Below, one piece after another: positions 8,569 to 18,033 of a stretch of DNA of 34,713 bases. Under the pieces are notes generated by a model. That model had not been told where the DNA came from. It did not search any database and saw only the letters and a program-made list of their open reading frames with translations. Origin of the DNA: Bacillota bacterium (GTDB lineage Bacteria > Bacillota > Clostridia > Saccharofermentanales > UBA5734). The stretch is taken from contig JAKPNJ010000247.1 in assembly GCA_029548445.1 (NCBI GenBank), positions 1 through 34,713 on the forward strand, given 5' to 3'. The position numbers and the translations under genes are program-made. Within the stretch, counting starts at the first letter, position 1, and every line of letters begins with the position of its first letter.

Positions 8569-9732
8569 TTACTTCGACTTGCCGGACCGGGACTCCTTGA
8601 GGGCCTCGATGGCGATGACATTGCGCTGGATCTGGTTCGTCCCCTCGTAGATCTGGGTAATCTTCGCGTCCCGCATCCGCTTCTCTACGGGATACTCCTT
8701 CATGTAGCCGTACCCGCCCAGGACCTGGACCGCGTCGGTGGTGACCCGCATGGCGGTGTCCGACGCCATGACCTTGCACATGGCCGATTCCTTGGAGAAG
8801 TTTTTCGCCCCGGAGTCGATCATCCGGCAGGTGGCGTAGACCAGGGCCCGGGAGGCCTCGATCTGGATGGCCATGTCGGCCAGGATGTGCTGGATGGCCT
8901 GGAAGGAGGAAATCGGCTGTCCGAACTGCTCCCTTTTCTTCGAGTACTCGACGGCCGCCTCGTAGGCGCCCTGGGCGATGCCCACGGCCTGGGCCGCGAC
9001 GCCGGGCCGGGTCCGGTCCAGGGTCTTCAGGGCGATGACAAACCCGGTGCCTTCCCGACCCAGCAGGTTTTCCCTGGGGATCCGGCAGTCCTCGAAGACC
9101 AGCTCCACCGTGCAGGAGGCCCGGATGCCCATCTTGTTTTCCTTCTTGCCGAAGGAGAATCCCGGGGTCCCCTTCTCCACCAGGAACGCGGAAAAGCCCC
9201 GGGGCCCCTTGCTCCGGTCGGTGCAGGCGATGACCGTGTAGATGTCGGCCTCGCCGCCGTTCGTGATCCACTGCTTGGTGCCGTTGAGGACGTACTCGTC
9301 CCCGTCCCGGTCGGCCTTGGTCCGGACGTTGGAGACATCGCTGCCCGCCCCCGCCTCGGTCAGGCCGAAGGCGGCGATTTTCCGCCCGGCCGCGACATCC
9401 GGCAGGTACTTGCGCTTCTGCTCCTCGCTGCCGTACAGCATGAGCGGGAAAATGCCGAGGCCGGTGCCCGCGTAGGCCAGGGCGATGCCGCCGCAGGCCC
9501 GGCTGAGCTGCTCCACGACCAGGGACATCTCGAGGATGCCGCCGCCCAGTCCGCCATACTCCTCCGGGATATACACGCCGCAGAGATCCGAATCCGCCAG
9601 GACCTTCAGGATGTCATGGGGAAACGTCCCGTCCTCGTCATACTGGAGCGCGACGGGGGCGATCTTTTCCTCGGCGATTCGGGCGGCCAGTTCCTGGATC
9701 ATCTGCTGTTCTTCGGTCAGGAAGTAGTTCAT
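8569..9732 (-). CDS. Acyl-CoA dehydrogenase (short-chain / butyryl-CoA dehydrogenase-like)
   Basis: Full-length ACAD signature: MNYFLTEEQQMIQELA..., FGLTEAGAGSDV, YVLNGTKQWITNGG, GIAQGAYEAAVEYSKKREQFGQPI, QVLGGYGYMKEYPVEKRMRDAKITQIYEGTNQIQ. RBS GGACAAGGAGACGCAC-ATG. Confidence 0.95.
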   Translation of the reverse strand: MNYFLTEEQQMIQELAARIAEEKIAPVALQYDEDGTFPHDILKVLADSDLCGVYIPEEYGGLGGGILEMSLVVEQLSRACGGIALAYAGTGLGIFPLMLYGSEEQKRKYLPDVAAGRKIAAFGLTEAGAGSDVSNVRTKADRDGDEYVLNGTKQWITNGGEADIYTVIACTDRSKGPRGFSAFLVEKGTPGFSFGKKENKMGIRASCTVELVFEDCRIPRENLLGREGTGFVIALKTLDRTRPGVAAQAVGIAQGAYEAAVEYSKKREQFGQPISSFQAIQHILADMAIQIEASRALVYATCRMIDSGAKNFSKESAMCKVMASDTAMRVTTDAVQVLGGYGYMKEYPVEKRMRDAKITQIYEGTNQIQRNVIAIEALKESRSGKSK

Positions 9733-9935
9733 GTGCGTCTCCTTGTCCGTTTTTTCGCGTGCATCGGCATCGGTCCTCGGTCAGGGCCAGGCCAGGGGGA
9801 AAATCGGGGATATCTTGATTGTCAAAGCAATTATATGCGAAGGCGAAGCCCGATGCAACCACGCCGAACCGGGTTGTCCGACGCGGCCGTCCGAGGCGAC
9901 CGAGGCTGCCGTCCGAGGCTGCTGCCAGGGGAATG

Positions 9936-10823
9936 TCACGCCAGCCAGAGCAATCCCAGGGCCATGGTTACCCCGTTGGCCAGGATCGTATAGGCCAGGG
10001 GTTTGGGCCATTTCCGCTCCGCCATCCAGAAGAAGTAGGCCAGGAACTCCACCAGGATCACCAGGGTTTCCAGGGCGGCAAAGGCCACGAGGTAGTTCCA
10101 CTGGAAAGGCCCGGACACCAGGGCCACCAGCAGGACGTGGAGGAGGCCCTGGGTCGCCAGGTTGACGGGAATCGGCAGCCAGCGGCGCTTCGGAAACCGG
10201 AAGGGCAGGACCAGGAGGCATTCCACCAGGACCGTCAGGAACACCCGGCCCAGCAGCTTGAGCCACCACCAGAAACTCCCGGTGTTGGTCAGCACCGACA
10301 GGGTGTTCGCCCCCAGGTCATAGACCACCAGGGCGTCGAATTGGGTCGTCGTGATCGTGTCGGATACCCGGAGGGTCCCGGTGGCCCGGTCCTGGACGAG
10401 GACGGCGAAGGTGTCGGGGACGGCCATATAGGTAAACCTGTGCTCGATGGCGCCATCCGGCCGAAGGCTGCCGGACAGGTCGCCCCAGATGGCATACCCG
10501 TGGCAGAGCAGCCCGACCCGCCCTCCCTCCCGGTACTGGTAAATCGGGTACTCCCGGATCTCGGGATGCTCCTCTTCCAGCCAGCCGGTCTCGCCGGGTT
10601 CGGCGATGAAGGAACCATCTTCCGGGACCAGCAGGTCCAGGTAATAGTCATTCGGCGAGTCGGTGCCGATAACGCGGACGGTCAGCGAGGGTTTGGGACC
10701 CGCATCGGCCCGAACCGGCCCGGCCAGGCCGGACATGGCGGACCACAGGAGGAATCCAGCCAGGAAAGCGGCAGGCAACGCCAAGCGGCGACCGGATCCG
10801 GAGATGCGTTTCTGTGCGAACAT
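9936..10823 (-). CDS. Membrane protein of unknown function: signal peptide, extracytoplasmic N-terminal domain (~160 aa), then four TM helices
   Basis: Start MFAQKRISGSGRRLALPAAFLAGFLLWSAMSGLAGPVRA (RBS GGAAGGAG). The C-terminal third is strongly hydrophobic (FWWWLKLLGRVFLTVLVECLLVLPF..., LAYTILANGVTMALGLLWLA). It is the last gene of the glycosidase/isomerase operon. Confidence 0.6.
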   Translation of the reverse strand: MFAQKRISGSGRRLALPAAFLAGFLLWSAMSGLAGPVRADAGPKPSLTVRVIGTDSPNDYYLDLLVPEDGSFIAEPGETGWLEEEHPEIREYPIYQYREGGRVGLLCHGYAIWGDLSGSLRPDGAIEHRFTYMAVPDTFAVLVQDRATGTLRVSDTITTTQFDALVVYDLGANTLSVLTNTGSFWWWLKLLGRVFLTVLVECLLVLPFRFPKRRWLPIPVNLATQGLLHVLLVALVSGPFQWNYLVAFAALETLVILVEFLAYFFWMAERKWPKPLAYTILANGVTMALGLLWLA

Positions 10824-10897
10824 GGGATGGTCACTCCTTCCGATCCGTTCCGGTTCGGTCCGGAACCTGTCGGCACAGCGGGAGATCCGATCCCATT

Positions 10898-12907
10898 CTA
10901 CTCCTGCGGGGAAGCGGGGGACAAGGGAAGGCGGGGAAGCCGCCAGGCCTGCAGGAGGGCGTCGACGCTGTATCCGGTTTCCCAGGGGCGATGCTTGTTG
11001 CACCAGGAGAGGCTTCGTCCGTTTTCGTAGTATTCATTCCAGGATCCCGTCACATCCCGGAGGGACAGGACCCGGGATTCGGCCTCCGCGATCTCTTCCC
11101 GGGTTCCGCCGGAGGAAACCAGGGTGTACAGAAGCAGGGCGGGATCATAGCCGACCGTCCGGTTCTCAGGCCGAAAATCAGCCAGGAACCTTCTGGCCAG
11201 GGAGAGGGTTTCTGCCGGGGCCAGGAGATCGCTGCCCAGGTAGGCCGGCAACAGGCTGACCGACGGGATCTCCACCGGGCCCGGCGCCGGTGGTCCCTGG
11301 TATCCCGCCCCGTTTCGGCACCAGGGGCAGAGGTAGTGCCCGCCGCCATCGGTCTCCAGCCACCCGAAATGGATCTGGCCGAGGCTGGATCCCTGCTCGC
11401 AGACGCCGAACTTGAACCGGGGCCTGTCCCGGAGAGCGGCCTCCCGCTCCGGGGCGTTGGCCACGAGCCTGCCGTTTCGCAGGAAATGCGTCCGATATCC
11501 GGACCGGACCCGGGATGCGGCGCAGGCCACTTCCCGGAGACGGTCGAGGGTCCCGTTCCGGCGAGCCCACCCGCACAGCCATTCGGCGGCCAGGAGGAAC
11601 AGGAGCGTCGCCTCGGCCGCGCCATGGAGTAGCGCCGACCGGGGCAGAAGAAAGCCCGCCACATAGGTTTCGTCGCCATTGAACGGGAGCATGTCCTCCA
11701 CCAGGTGCGGCAGCTGGACCCGAAGACACCACTCCAGCATGGGCAGGATCGTCCGGATGTGGGTGTCGTCGCCGGTGGCGCGCCAGTAATCCCTTGCGGC
11801 CAGCACGAGATAGGAGGTCTGCTCGACATGGTCGTTCTCGGCGGGATGCCGGGGTTCGTCCCGTCCCATGGCCTCGGCGTTGACCAGGTCGCCGAATCGC
11901 TGGAACTTGCCGAAACGGAATTCCAGGATCGACCGGGCCGCCTCCGGATAGCCCATCGCCAGCAGCCCCCGGACTGCACCGTAGTTGTCCCTGGAATAGC
12001 CCACCGGCAGGAAATGGGCCGATGGAAGCCCGCCCTCCAGCGATTGCTGGCAGCGGATCAGGAGCAGGGCTTCCTCCAGCAGGTCCCGTCTCCATTGATC
12101 CGCTTCTCCCGGAACGAGGCCCAGGCGTTCCGGGTCCAGGCGTCCGGTGAATCGGCGCCATGAGTTGACCGCATCCCGCTCCAGGTCCTCCGGCCGCAGG
12201 GGCGACAGGAATTCCACCGCCTCGACGGCGCCGGCATGGGAGAGATCCGCCACAAAGGCCAGGTCCGCATCGCCTGGACCGATCCGGAAGACCAGGTCTC
12301 CCTCTCCCCCTTCCTGGTTCCTTCCCTCCAGGTTGACCGGCTCCACGGGCCCGTCGACTTGTCCCCGAATCCGCAGGAAGCCGTATGAACTCCGGGCGTC
12401 CGTGTGGAACAGGATGGCGTTGCCCGGCAGGACTTCGAACTGGATGAGGATCGTCCCCGGTTCCGGGTCCCTCCGGGCAGACCAGCACCGATGCCGGCCG
12501 GGAAAGCGGATCCGCTGCAGAATCGGGGTCTCCAGGTTCCGGTAGAGCCGAAGCAGGGCGGGCACATCCCGCGGGACCACATCCCGGATTTCCGGAACCC
12601 CTTCCGGGATCGGGCCGTCCGGCGGGCAAACAGGCGGGCCCTCGGCAGGCTCGTTCTCCTGGTTGATGGACAGGATGTGCCGCCGGATCGGGGTGCCGGG
12701 CACGCGGACGGTCCGGGTTTCCAGCCGGTGACCGGCGACGGGGGACAGCAGGATCCGGGCCAGGGACGTGGATGTATAGGGGCGATAGATGTCGGCGATG
12801 TCCGGTCCATGGCTGTACGCCAGGAGTTGTCCGTTGCCCTGGGAGACAATATGCTCGTACAGCGGGTTTCCCGAAGGGTCCCAGCGCCACGGGACGATCC
12901 GGTTCAT
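10898..12907 (-). CDS. Six-hairpin (alpha/alpha)6 glycosidase-like protein with N-terminal beta-sandwich region (family unresolved; GH15/GH63/GH65-type architecture)
   Basis: 669 aa. The N-terminal ~250 aa are beta-rich; the remainder is helix-rich with acidic motifs (FNGDETYVAGF, DEPRHPAENDHVEQTSYLVLAARDYW). Clear paralog of the upstream 661-aa protein. Start overlaps the upstream stop (ATGA). Confidence 0.7.
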   Translation of the reverse strand: MNRIVPWRWDPSGNPLYEHIVSQGNGQLLAYSHGPDIADIYRPYTSTSLARILLSPVAGHRLETRTVRVPGTPIRRHILSINQENEPAEGPPVCPPDGPIPEGVPEIRDVVPRDVPALLRLYRNLETPILQRIRFPGRHRCWSARRDPEPGTILIQFEVLPGNAILFHTDARSSYGFLRIRGQVDGPVEPVNLEGRNQEGGEGDLVFRIGPGDADLAFVADLSHAGAVEAVEFLSPLRPEDLERDAVNSWRRFTGRLDPERLGLVPGEADQWRRDLLEEALLLIRCQQSLEGGLPSAHFLPVGYSRDNYGAVRGLLAMGYPEAARSILEFRFGKFQRFGDLVNAEAMGRDEPRHPAENDHVEQTSYLVLAARDYWRATGDDTHIRTILPMLEWCLRVQLPHLVEDMLPFNGDETYVAGFLLPRSALLHGAAEATLLFLLAAEWLCGWARRNGTLDRLREVACAASRVRSGYRTHFLRNGRLVANAPEREAALRDRPRFKFGVCEQGSSLGQIHFGWLETDGGGHYLCPWCRNGAGYQGPPAPGPVEIPSVSLLPAYLGSDLLAPAETLSLARRFLADFRPENRTVGYDPALLLYTLVSSGGTREEIAEAESRVLSLRDVTGSWNEYYENGRSLSWCNKHRPWETGYSVDALLQAWRLPRLPLSPASPQE

Positions 12908-14889
12908 GGCCGGGCTCCCCCGGCGGCTCTCCGGCCCCGGGCCGACAGGTACCGGACCAGGGCTTCCAGGTTGATGCCCGTGCTGAAGATGTTCAGGTTG
13001 TGGGAGTTTTCGACGCCGTGGGGGCCGTAGAATTCGGAGTAGGTCCCCGAGGCGCCCATGAGCCCGCCGTCGACCAGGGTCCGGAATACGGCCTCTGTCT
13101 CCTCCTCCGGGCGGTCCATCTCCACCAGGTCATACAGCAGGTACCCCAGGGTATGACCCGGAAATCCCTCGTTGACCCCGGGACAAACCGGGAGGAACCC
13201 GGTGTCGGGCCGGAGATCCGCCATCGCCGACAGGGCATCGGTTCGCTCTCCCCCTTCCGGAAACGCCGCCCCGAGCCACAGGGGCATCAGGCGATGGGGC
13301 AAAATCGGAAAGGGAGACGGGGTCCCGTCGGGATGAAGAGTCGTATGGCGGCATCCGCTTGCGCGATCGAGGAAATGGCGGTCCACCTGGTCCCGGATCC
13401 AGTCCGCGGCGTCCCGGTACCCCTGCGCCTCCCCCTCCCGCCCGGTCCGGGCCAGGTACTCCGTCAGGAACCGGGCCGAGGCCAGGGCGCCGGCGACGGC
13501 GGCCAGGGAGAAGTTCCGCAGGTCCCAGTCCGGCAGGCTCCCGTACATCCGACCGTCCACCGACGGCACATACCGCTCGGTCTCGTCCCCATGGAACCGG
13601 AGACGGCCGTCATGCCGAAGCGCCACATCCAGCTGGGCGTCCACCGCCCGGCGGAGGGATTCCTCCACCTGTTTCAGCAAGGACAGGTCGCCGGTCCTCT
13701 CCAGGTATCGGCGAACCAGGAGGACATAGTAGGCCGTGCTCTCGGAGGCCAGGTTCTCCTCCGGCAGGCCCAGGTCCAGGAGGATGGCGTCATGCCCCGT
13801 CTCGGCCCCGTTTGGCACATGGCCGAACTTCCGGACCCGGCGGTCCACCCACAGGATGAAGTCCCGCAGTTCCTCCGTGTAGCCGCAGGCCGTCAGTCCC
13901 CGCAGTCCGCCGTGGCTGTCCCGCAGGTAGGAGAAGGAATACGCCTGGGGACAGGCCATGAACCCCCCGTCGAAGCAACGGCAGGACCGGATGGCCACCA
14001 GCATCCCCTCGATGGCCAGGTCCAGCCGGGGGTCGCCGGATGCCGGGGCCTGGGAGCGGGCCAGCCAGTCCCCCCATTCCTTCCGGGTCCGGGCCAGGAC
14101 GCCGTCGGGATCCCGGTAGGGATCCGGCATGGGGAGGGTCGGGGATTCGGAGTGCATGGCCGGCACACCGGCGAGATCCAGCTCGGCCCCGGTCCAGTGG
14201 ACCAGGCACAGGCTGGCATGGCAGCCGGGCTCCAGGCGGATCTCCCCGGTCCGCAGCACGAAGGCGCCGTCGGCCTCCCGGCGGGCGTCGAAGGGCCCGG
14301 AGAACCCGATCCGCACGGTCCTGGCCAGGGAGGAACGGGGGTTCTCGTGCTCGTTCCAGCCGAAGACCGGATCCTCGGGTCCGGCAGACAGGCGGAGGAA
14401 GCCGTCCGGCAGGATCTCGCCCCGGCCGTTCCGGGACACGATCCGGGCCTCCAGGCGGATCGTCACGGCGTCCCCGGATGCTTCCCCATCGCCGAAGGCC
14501 GCCGCCGTTTCGTCAGGCGTCAGGGACCCGCCGGTCCGGCGGGGGCCAACCGTGATCCAGCGAAGGATCCAGGGGGCGTTGCGGACCGTCGTGTCGACGA
14601 TTCGGACGGGCAGGTCCGCGATCCGGTCCTGTCCCAGGAGGCTGCCTGTGCCCTGGATCCGCAGCATGGGCATGCGAAGGGGAGCGGACACACCGTTCCG
14701 GACGAGAGCCAGGGTTTCGATCCGGAGAAAGTTGGGGGCGGTATAGCCGGGGCCGATAAGAAAATTCCAGTCACATCCGCCGTCCACGGTGCCGGCGCCC
14801 GCCACCTGGCTGCCGACGAACTGTTTCTCCAGCCGGCCCAGGGGGGTGCAGGCCGGAAGGAATGCCGGGTTGCCGCTGCGAATCGCCAT
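12904..14889 (-). CDS. Six-hairpin (alpha/alpha)6 glycosidase-like protein (paralog of the 10898..12907 gene)
   Basis: 661 aa from MAIRSGNPAF (RBS GGAGGAG). Motifs RFHGDETERYVP and NGAETGHDAILLDLGLPEENLASESTAYYVLLVRRYLERTGD parallel the downstream paralog. The ORF track extends it 59 codons upstream into the isomerase gene; that extension is rejected. Confidence 0.7.
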   Translation of the reverse strand: MAIRSGNPAFLPACTPLGRLEKQFVGSQVAGAGTVDGGCDWNFLIGPGYTAPNFLRIETLALVRNGVSAPLRMPMLRIQGTGSLLGQDRIADLPVRIVDTTVRNAPWILRWITVGPRRTGGSLTPDETAAAFGDGEASGDAVTIRLEARIVSRNGRGEILPDGFLRLSAGPEDPVFGWNEHENPRSSLARTVRIGFSGPFDARREADGAFVLRTGEIRLEPGCHASLCLVHWTGAELDLAGVPAMHSESPTLPMPDPYRDPDGVLARTRKEWGDWLARSQAPASGDPRLDLAIEGMLVAIRSCRCFDGGFMACPQAYSFSYLRDSHGGLRGLTACGYTEELRDFILWVDRRVRKFGHVPNGAETGHDAILLDLGLPEENLASESTAYYVLLVRRYLERTGDLSLLKQVEESLRRAVDAQLDVALRHDGRLRFHGDETERYVPSVDGRMYGSLPDWDLRNFSLAAVAGALASARFLTEYLARTGREGEAQGYRDAADWIRDQVDRHFLDRASGCRHTTLHPDGTPSPFPILPHRLMPLWLGAAFPEGGERTDALSAMADLRPDTGFLPVCPGVNEGFPGHTLGYLLYDLVEMDRPEEETEAVFRTLVDGGLMGASGTYSEFYGPHGVENSHNLNIFSTGINLEALVRYLSARGRRAAGGARP

Positions 14890-14917
14890 GGGAGTCTCCT
14901 CCTGCTGCAGGACCGGG

Positions 14918-16348
14918 TCAGCGACCCAGGATCTCCACGTCCACGTCCAGCATCCGGCAGACGGCCGAGAGATCCTCGATCCAGTCGCCATAGACGGCGT
15001 GGCAGTGGTTCGCGTCAAACCGCTCCAGGAAGACCTGGGGGTCGAAGGGCAGTTTCGCGAAGACATGGGGCCACTCGGGCGTGGTCTCGGCCATTTTTTC
15101 CCGGGGCAGCTCCACGAACTCCGCCGGGATCAGGGTCATCCGGTACCGCCCGCAGGTCCGGTTCAACCGGGCGATGGTGGCGGTACCGGCCTTCGTCATG
15201 CAGTTGACATGGGCCCCGCCGCCGGAATAGATCTCCAGGCAGGGATAGAACGTCACCTGCCGAAGGTTTTCCGCCGGATCGTCCGACCGGCCGGCATACC
15301 AGGTGGACTCGGACCCGCAGTTGCAGAAGACCATGACGCCATATTCCCGGTCCACGTGGCGCACGTCCATGAATAGCACCGGGTCGTCGGTCAGCAGCCG
15401 GAGGATCTGCATGGTCAGGGCCCCATCGGAATCGGCCTCGCAGGAAAAGACCACCGGCTCCTTCGGGCCGTTCCAGTCGTAGGGATCGTTCATGAAGGCG
15501 GCGGACAGGCACTGGGTGCAGTGGTGGCGGCTCATCTCGTAGTGGCACTTGACGCCGACGAAGTCGAAGCGGCGCTCCGCGGCGATGCGCTTCGTCGCCT
15601 CGTAATGGCGGATCTGGGTCTTGAGTTTTTCCGGTGTGAGCCGTACCCCGTCGTACCGGATCGACCCCACATGGGATTCCAGCCACGCGAAGGCCCGTTC
15701 CACCGTCTCCGGATCCACCTCCCCGGCCAGCCGGACGATTTCCGACTGGTCCAGGTGCTCGATGTCCACGCCGAACTTGTCCTGCCAGTCCTGCATGGAG
15801 ACCGTGGCACTGTACATGCCCAGGCTCCGGCCCCCGATGAGGCCGTAGGTGGATCCCCGGAGCCGGCTTGCCACCCGGGCGCACCGGGCGAAGGACAGCA
15901 CCTTCTCCAGGACCTCGGGCTCCCGGATGTCCCCGGCGACCCGGAAGTGGTCGATCCCCAGGTGGTGGAGGGCGCCGCCGCTGGCCAGCATGGCCACCAT
16001 CCCGGGCCAGTCGGGATTCAGGTTGGCCGCCAGGAGGAAGGGGCCCTTCCCATTCTTCGCCGCGATGGCGGAAAAATTCGGAAAGCTGAAGACGCCGTAC
16101 GAGAAAATGGTCCCGTCCACATCCCGGGCCACCATCTTCAGGGATTCCTCCCGGGCCGTCTCCGGCGAGCAGACCAGTCGGTCGCCCACCACGACCTCGA
16201 CCTTTCCCGACTCCCGCAGGGCGTCGGCGATGGCCGAGAGTTGGGCCGAGACGATGTCCTTCAGCTGCTCATGGACCTCCGGCTCGCCGTCGGAGAAGCC
16301 GAGAATGCCGATCCGGGGCTTGCCCGTCGTCCTGGATGTTCCGTTCAT
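14918..16348 (-). CDS. L-fucose isomerase / L-arabinose isomerase family (FucI-like) aldose-ketose isomerase, about 476 aa
   Basis: From MNGTSRTTGKPRIGILGFSDGEP (RBS GGAGG) it has FucI-family features: N-terminal GILGFSDG, central GVKCHYEMS...CTQCLSAAFMNDPYDWNG...VVFSCEADSDGALTMQILRLL. The 168-codon upstream extension in the ORF track is GC-rich garbage. The ATG overlaps the dhaL stop (ATGA). Confidence 0.8.
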   Translation of the reverse strand: MNGTSRTTGKPRIGILGFSDGEPEVHEQLKDIVSAQLSAIADALRESGKVEVVVGDRLVCSPETAREESLKMVARDVDGTIFSYGVFSFPNFSAIAAKNGKGPFLLAANLNPDWPGMVAMLASGGALHHLGIDHFRVAGDIREPEVLEKVLSFARCARVASRLRGSTYGLIGGRSLGMYSATVSMQDWQDKFGVDIEHLDQSEIVRLAGEVDPETVERAFAWLESHVGSIRYDGVRLTPEKLKTQIRHYEATKRIAAERRFDFVGVKCHYEMSRHHCTQCLSAAFMNDPYDWNGPKEPVVFSCEADSDGALTMQILRLLTDDPVLFMDVRHVDREYGVMVFCNCGSESTWYAGRSDDPAENLRQVTFYPCLEIYSGGGAHVNCMTKAGTATIARLNRTCGRYRMTLIPAEFVELPREKMAETTPEWPHVFAKLPFDPQVFLERFDANHCHAVYGDWIEDLSAVCRMLDVDVEILGR

Positions 16349-17001
16349 GCGCGATCCTCCTTCATCAGGTCCCGGATTCCGTCGGTCATGGCCCGCAGCA
16401 GCAGGTCGCAGGAGGCGGCTCCCGCGTCGGGGAACCCGCGGCTCCGTTCCCCCAGCCGGCTGGCCCGGCCGACCCGGGCCACCATGTCCCGGGTGGATTC
16501 GAATCCTGCAGCGGACGCGGCGTCCAGGGCCTCGAGAGCGTCCCCGAAGGGTTCCCCCCGGTCCAGGGCGCCGGCCAGGGCCGACACCGCCGGAACCAGC
16601 ACGTCCAGCAGGGTCTTGTCCCCCGGCTCGGCACCGCCCACCGCCCGGATTTTGGCCAGGCCGGCCTGCAGCATCCCGAGGAATGCCGGCCCGTCGACCC
16701 GGTCCAGTCCCCTGGCGGCTTTCGCCATCTCCAGGAAGAAGGACCCGTAGAGCGGTCCCATGGAGCCGCCGATTTCCATCAGGAGCACCCGGCCCAGGGT
16801 CCGGAGGCTCTCTTCCAGCCCCCTGGGCTCCCCGGCCAGCCGCTCGGCGCACAGGCCGAAGCCCTTGGCCATGTTGATGCCATGGTCCCCGTCACCGATG
16901 GCCCCGTCGATGGCGCTGAGTCGATCCCGGTTCTCGCGGATCGCCCGGATCATCCGGTCCACCAGGAGGCCGCCATCCCGGGCCGGGAATCCCGCCGCCA
17001 C
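16345..17001 (-). CDS. dhaL: Dihydroxyacetone kinase family, ADP-binding subunit L (DhaL)
   Basis: DGAIGDGDHGINMAKGF motif and DhaL four-helix fold length (218 aa). Confidence 0.9.
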   Translation of the reverse strand: MAAGFPARDGGLLVDRMIRAIRENRDRLSAIDGAIGDGDHGINMAKGFGLCAERLAGEPRGLEESLRTLGRVLLMEIGGSMGPLYGSFFLEMAKAARGLDRVDGPAFLGMLQAGLAKIRAVGGAEPGDKTLLDVLVPAVSALAGALDRGEPFGDALEALDAASAAGFESTRDMVARVGRASRLGERSRGFPDAGAASCDLLLRAMTDGIRDLMKEDRA

Positions 17002-17004
17002 GGG

Positions 17005-18033
17005 TCAGCCCTCCCCGGCGCCGGGGGAGCCCCGGCGGAACTGGCGGAGGCCCACACTCTCGGCCTCGTCGTCCAGCAGGTCCGCCAGCGTGTCGTCCAG
17101 CTTCAGGAGGGTCAGGGTGACGCCCATCATCTCCAGGGACGTAAAGTAATTTCCTACGTAGGAGCGGTGGAGGGAGATCCCGGCCCCGTCCAGCCGCTCC
17201 GCCACCCGCCGGAACAGGATGTAGAGTTCCATGATCGGCGTGGCACCCAGGCCCGAGACCAGGACGGCGACCCGGTCTCCCGCCCGGAAATCCCCGTCGG
17301 GCAGGAGGAGGTCCAGCATGGCATCGGCCATGGCATCGGCGGAGGCCAGGGGTTCCACCCGGATGCCCGGCTCCCCGTGGTGCCCGATGCCCACTTCCAT
17401 GGTCCCGGATTCGATGGTGAAGTTCGGCCTGCCCACCGCCGGGATCGTGCAGGGCGTCAGGCCGATGCCCACGCTGCGGGTCCGGTCCACGGTTTGCTGG
17501 GCGACGGCGGCCACTTCCTCCAGGGAGGCCCCCCGGGCGGCCAGGGCGCCGGCCACCTTCCACATCAGCACTTCCCCGGCGACCCCCCGCCGCCTGGAGC
17601 GCTGGTCCGGCGGCGCCGAGGCCGCATCGTCGTCGGCCACCACAGCCAGGACCCGGATCCCGTCCTCCTCGGCCATGTCCCTTGCCATCCGGACATTCAT
17701 GTTGTCCCCGGCATAGTTCCCGTACAGGCAGACGACGCCCTGTCCGGAATCGGCCACCCGGATCGCATCGTAGAACGCCTGGGCGGTCGGGGACGAGAAG
17801 ATCTCTCCCACCGCCACGGCATCCACCAGGTTCCGGCCGAGATAGCCGATGAACGCCGGCTTGTGCCCCGAACCGCCCCCGGTTACAATCCCCACCTTGC
17901 CCGGCACGGGAACCCCCCGGGCCTTCAGCACCCGGGGATTCGACGTGGGCTCCACCAGGTCCGGATGGGCCCTGACAAACCCCGCGAGCATCTCCTCCAC
18001 CACCCGGTCCGGATCATTGACAATCCGCTGCAT
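17005..18033 (-). CDS. dhaK: Dihydroxyacetone kinase family, substrate-binding subunit K (DhaK)
   Basis: MQRIVNDPDRVVEEMLAGFVRAHPDL parallels E. coli DhaK MKKLINDVQDVLDEQLAGL. GKVGIVTGGGSGHKPAFIGYLG carries the substrate-binding His. RBS GGGGGAG. Long upstream extension in the ORF track rejected. Confidence 0.9.
   Translation of the reverse strand: MQRIVNDPDRVVEEMLAGFVRAHPDLVEPTSNPRVLKARGVPVPGKVGIVTGGGSGHKPAFIGYLGRNLVDAVAVGEIFSSPTAQAFYDAIRVADSGQGVVCLYGNYAGDNMNVRMARDMAEEDGIRVLAVVADDDAASAPPDQRSRRRGVAGEVLMWKVAGALAARGASLEEVAAVAQQTVDRTRSVGIGLTPCTIPAVGRPNFTIESGTMEVGIGHHGEPGIRVEPLASADAMADAMLDLLLPDGDFRAGDRVAVLVSGLGATPIMELYILFRRVAERLDGAGISLHRSYVGNYFTSLEMMGVTLTLLKLDDTLADLLDDEAESVGLRQFRRGSPGAGEG

Noticed and set aside
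7100-9271. 723-aa ORF on the minus strand. Similar very long GC-rich ORFs at 4999..7869 (+), 5207..7090 (-), 2940..5261 (-), 12772..15207 (+), 21109..24078 (+), 16336..18225 (+), 25641..26798 (-) and 11178..12890 (-).
   Set aside because: All are antisense or out-of-frame to genes with clear family signatures (FAH, ACAD, MFS, AraB, DhaK, flotillin and others). Their translations are Arg/Gly/Pro/Ala-rich low-complexity strings, which is expected in ~70% GC DNA where stop codons are rare. None has an RBS or a domain signature.
9733-9935. TTGACA / ATATAAT hexamers in the AT-richer stretch between the operon's last gene and the acyl-CoA dehydrogenase gene
   Set aside because: On the minus (coding) strand the -10-like ATATAAT lies 5' of the TTGACA, so they cannot form a promoter for the acyl-CoA dehydrogenase gene. 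On the plus strand no -10 follows TTGATT or TTGTCA at 16-18 nt. Left as an unassigned AT island.
14890-15066. Upstream extensions of several minus-strand genes given by the ORF track (GH-like 12904..15066, isomerase to 16852, dhaK to 18507, araB to 22767, araR to 24087, ChrA to 32360, XRE to 25455)
   Set aside because: Each extension is GC-rich low-complexity sequence overlapping the preceding gene. Internal ATG, GTG or TTG starts with GGAGG-type RBSs give N-termini matching the respective protein families.
18014-18033. Twenty-nt overlap between the rpiB-like tail and the dhaK start, considered as a possible frameshift or fusion
   Set aside because: Both reading frames have independent strong signals: the dhaK N-terminus MQRIVNDPDRV matches E. 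coli DhaK, and the RpiB core is complete before the low-complexity tail. This reads as a simple overlap and not as a pseudogene.
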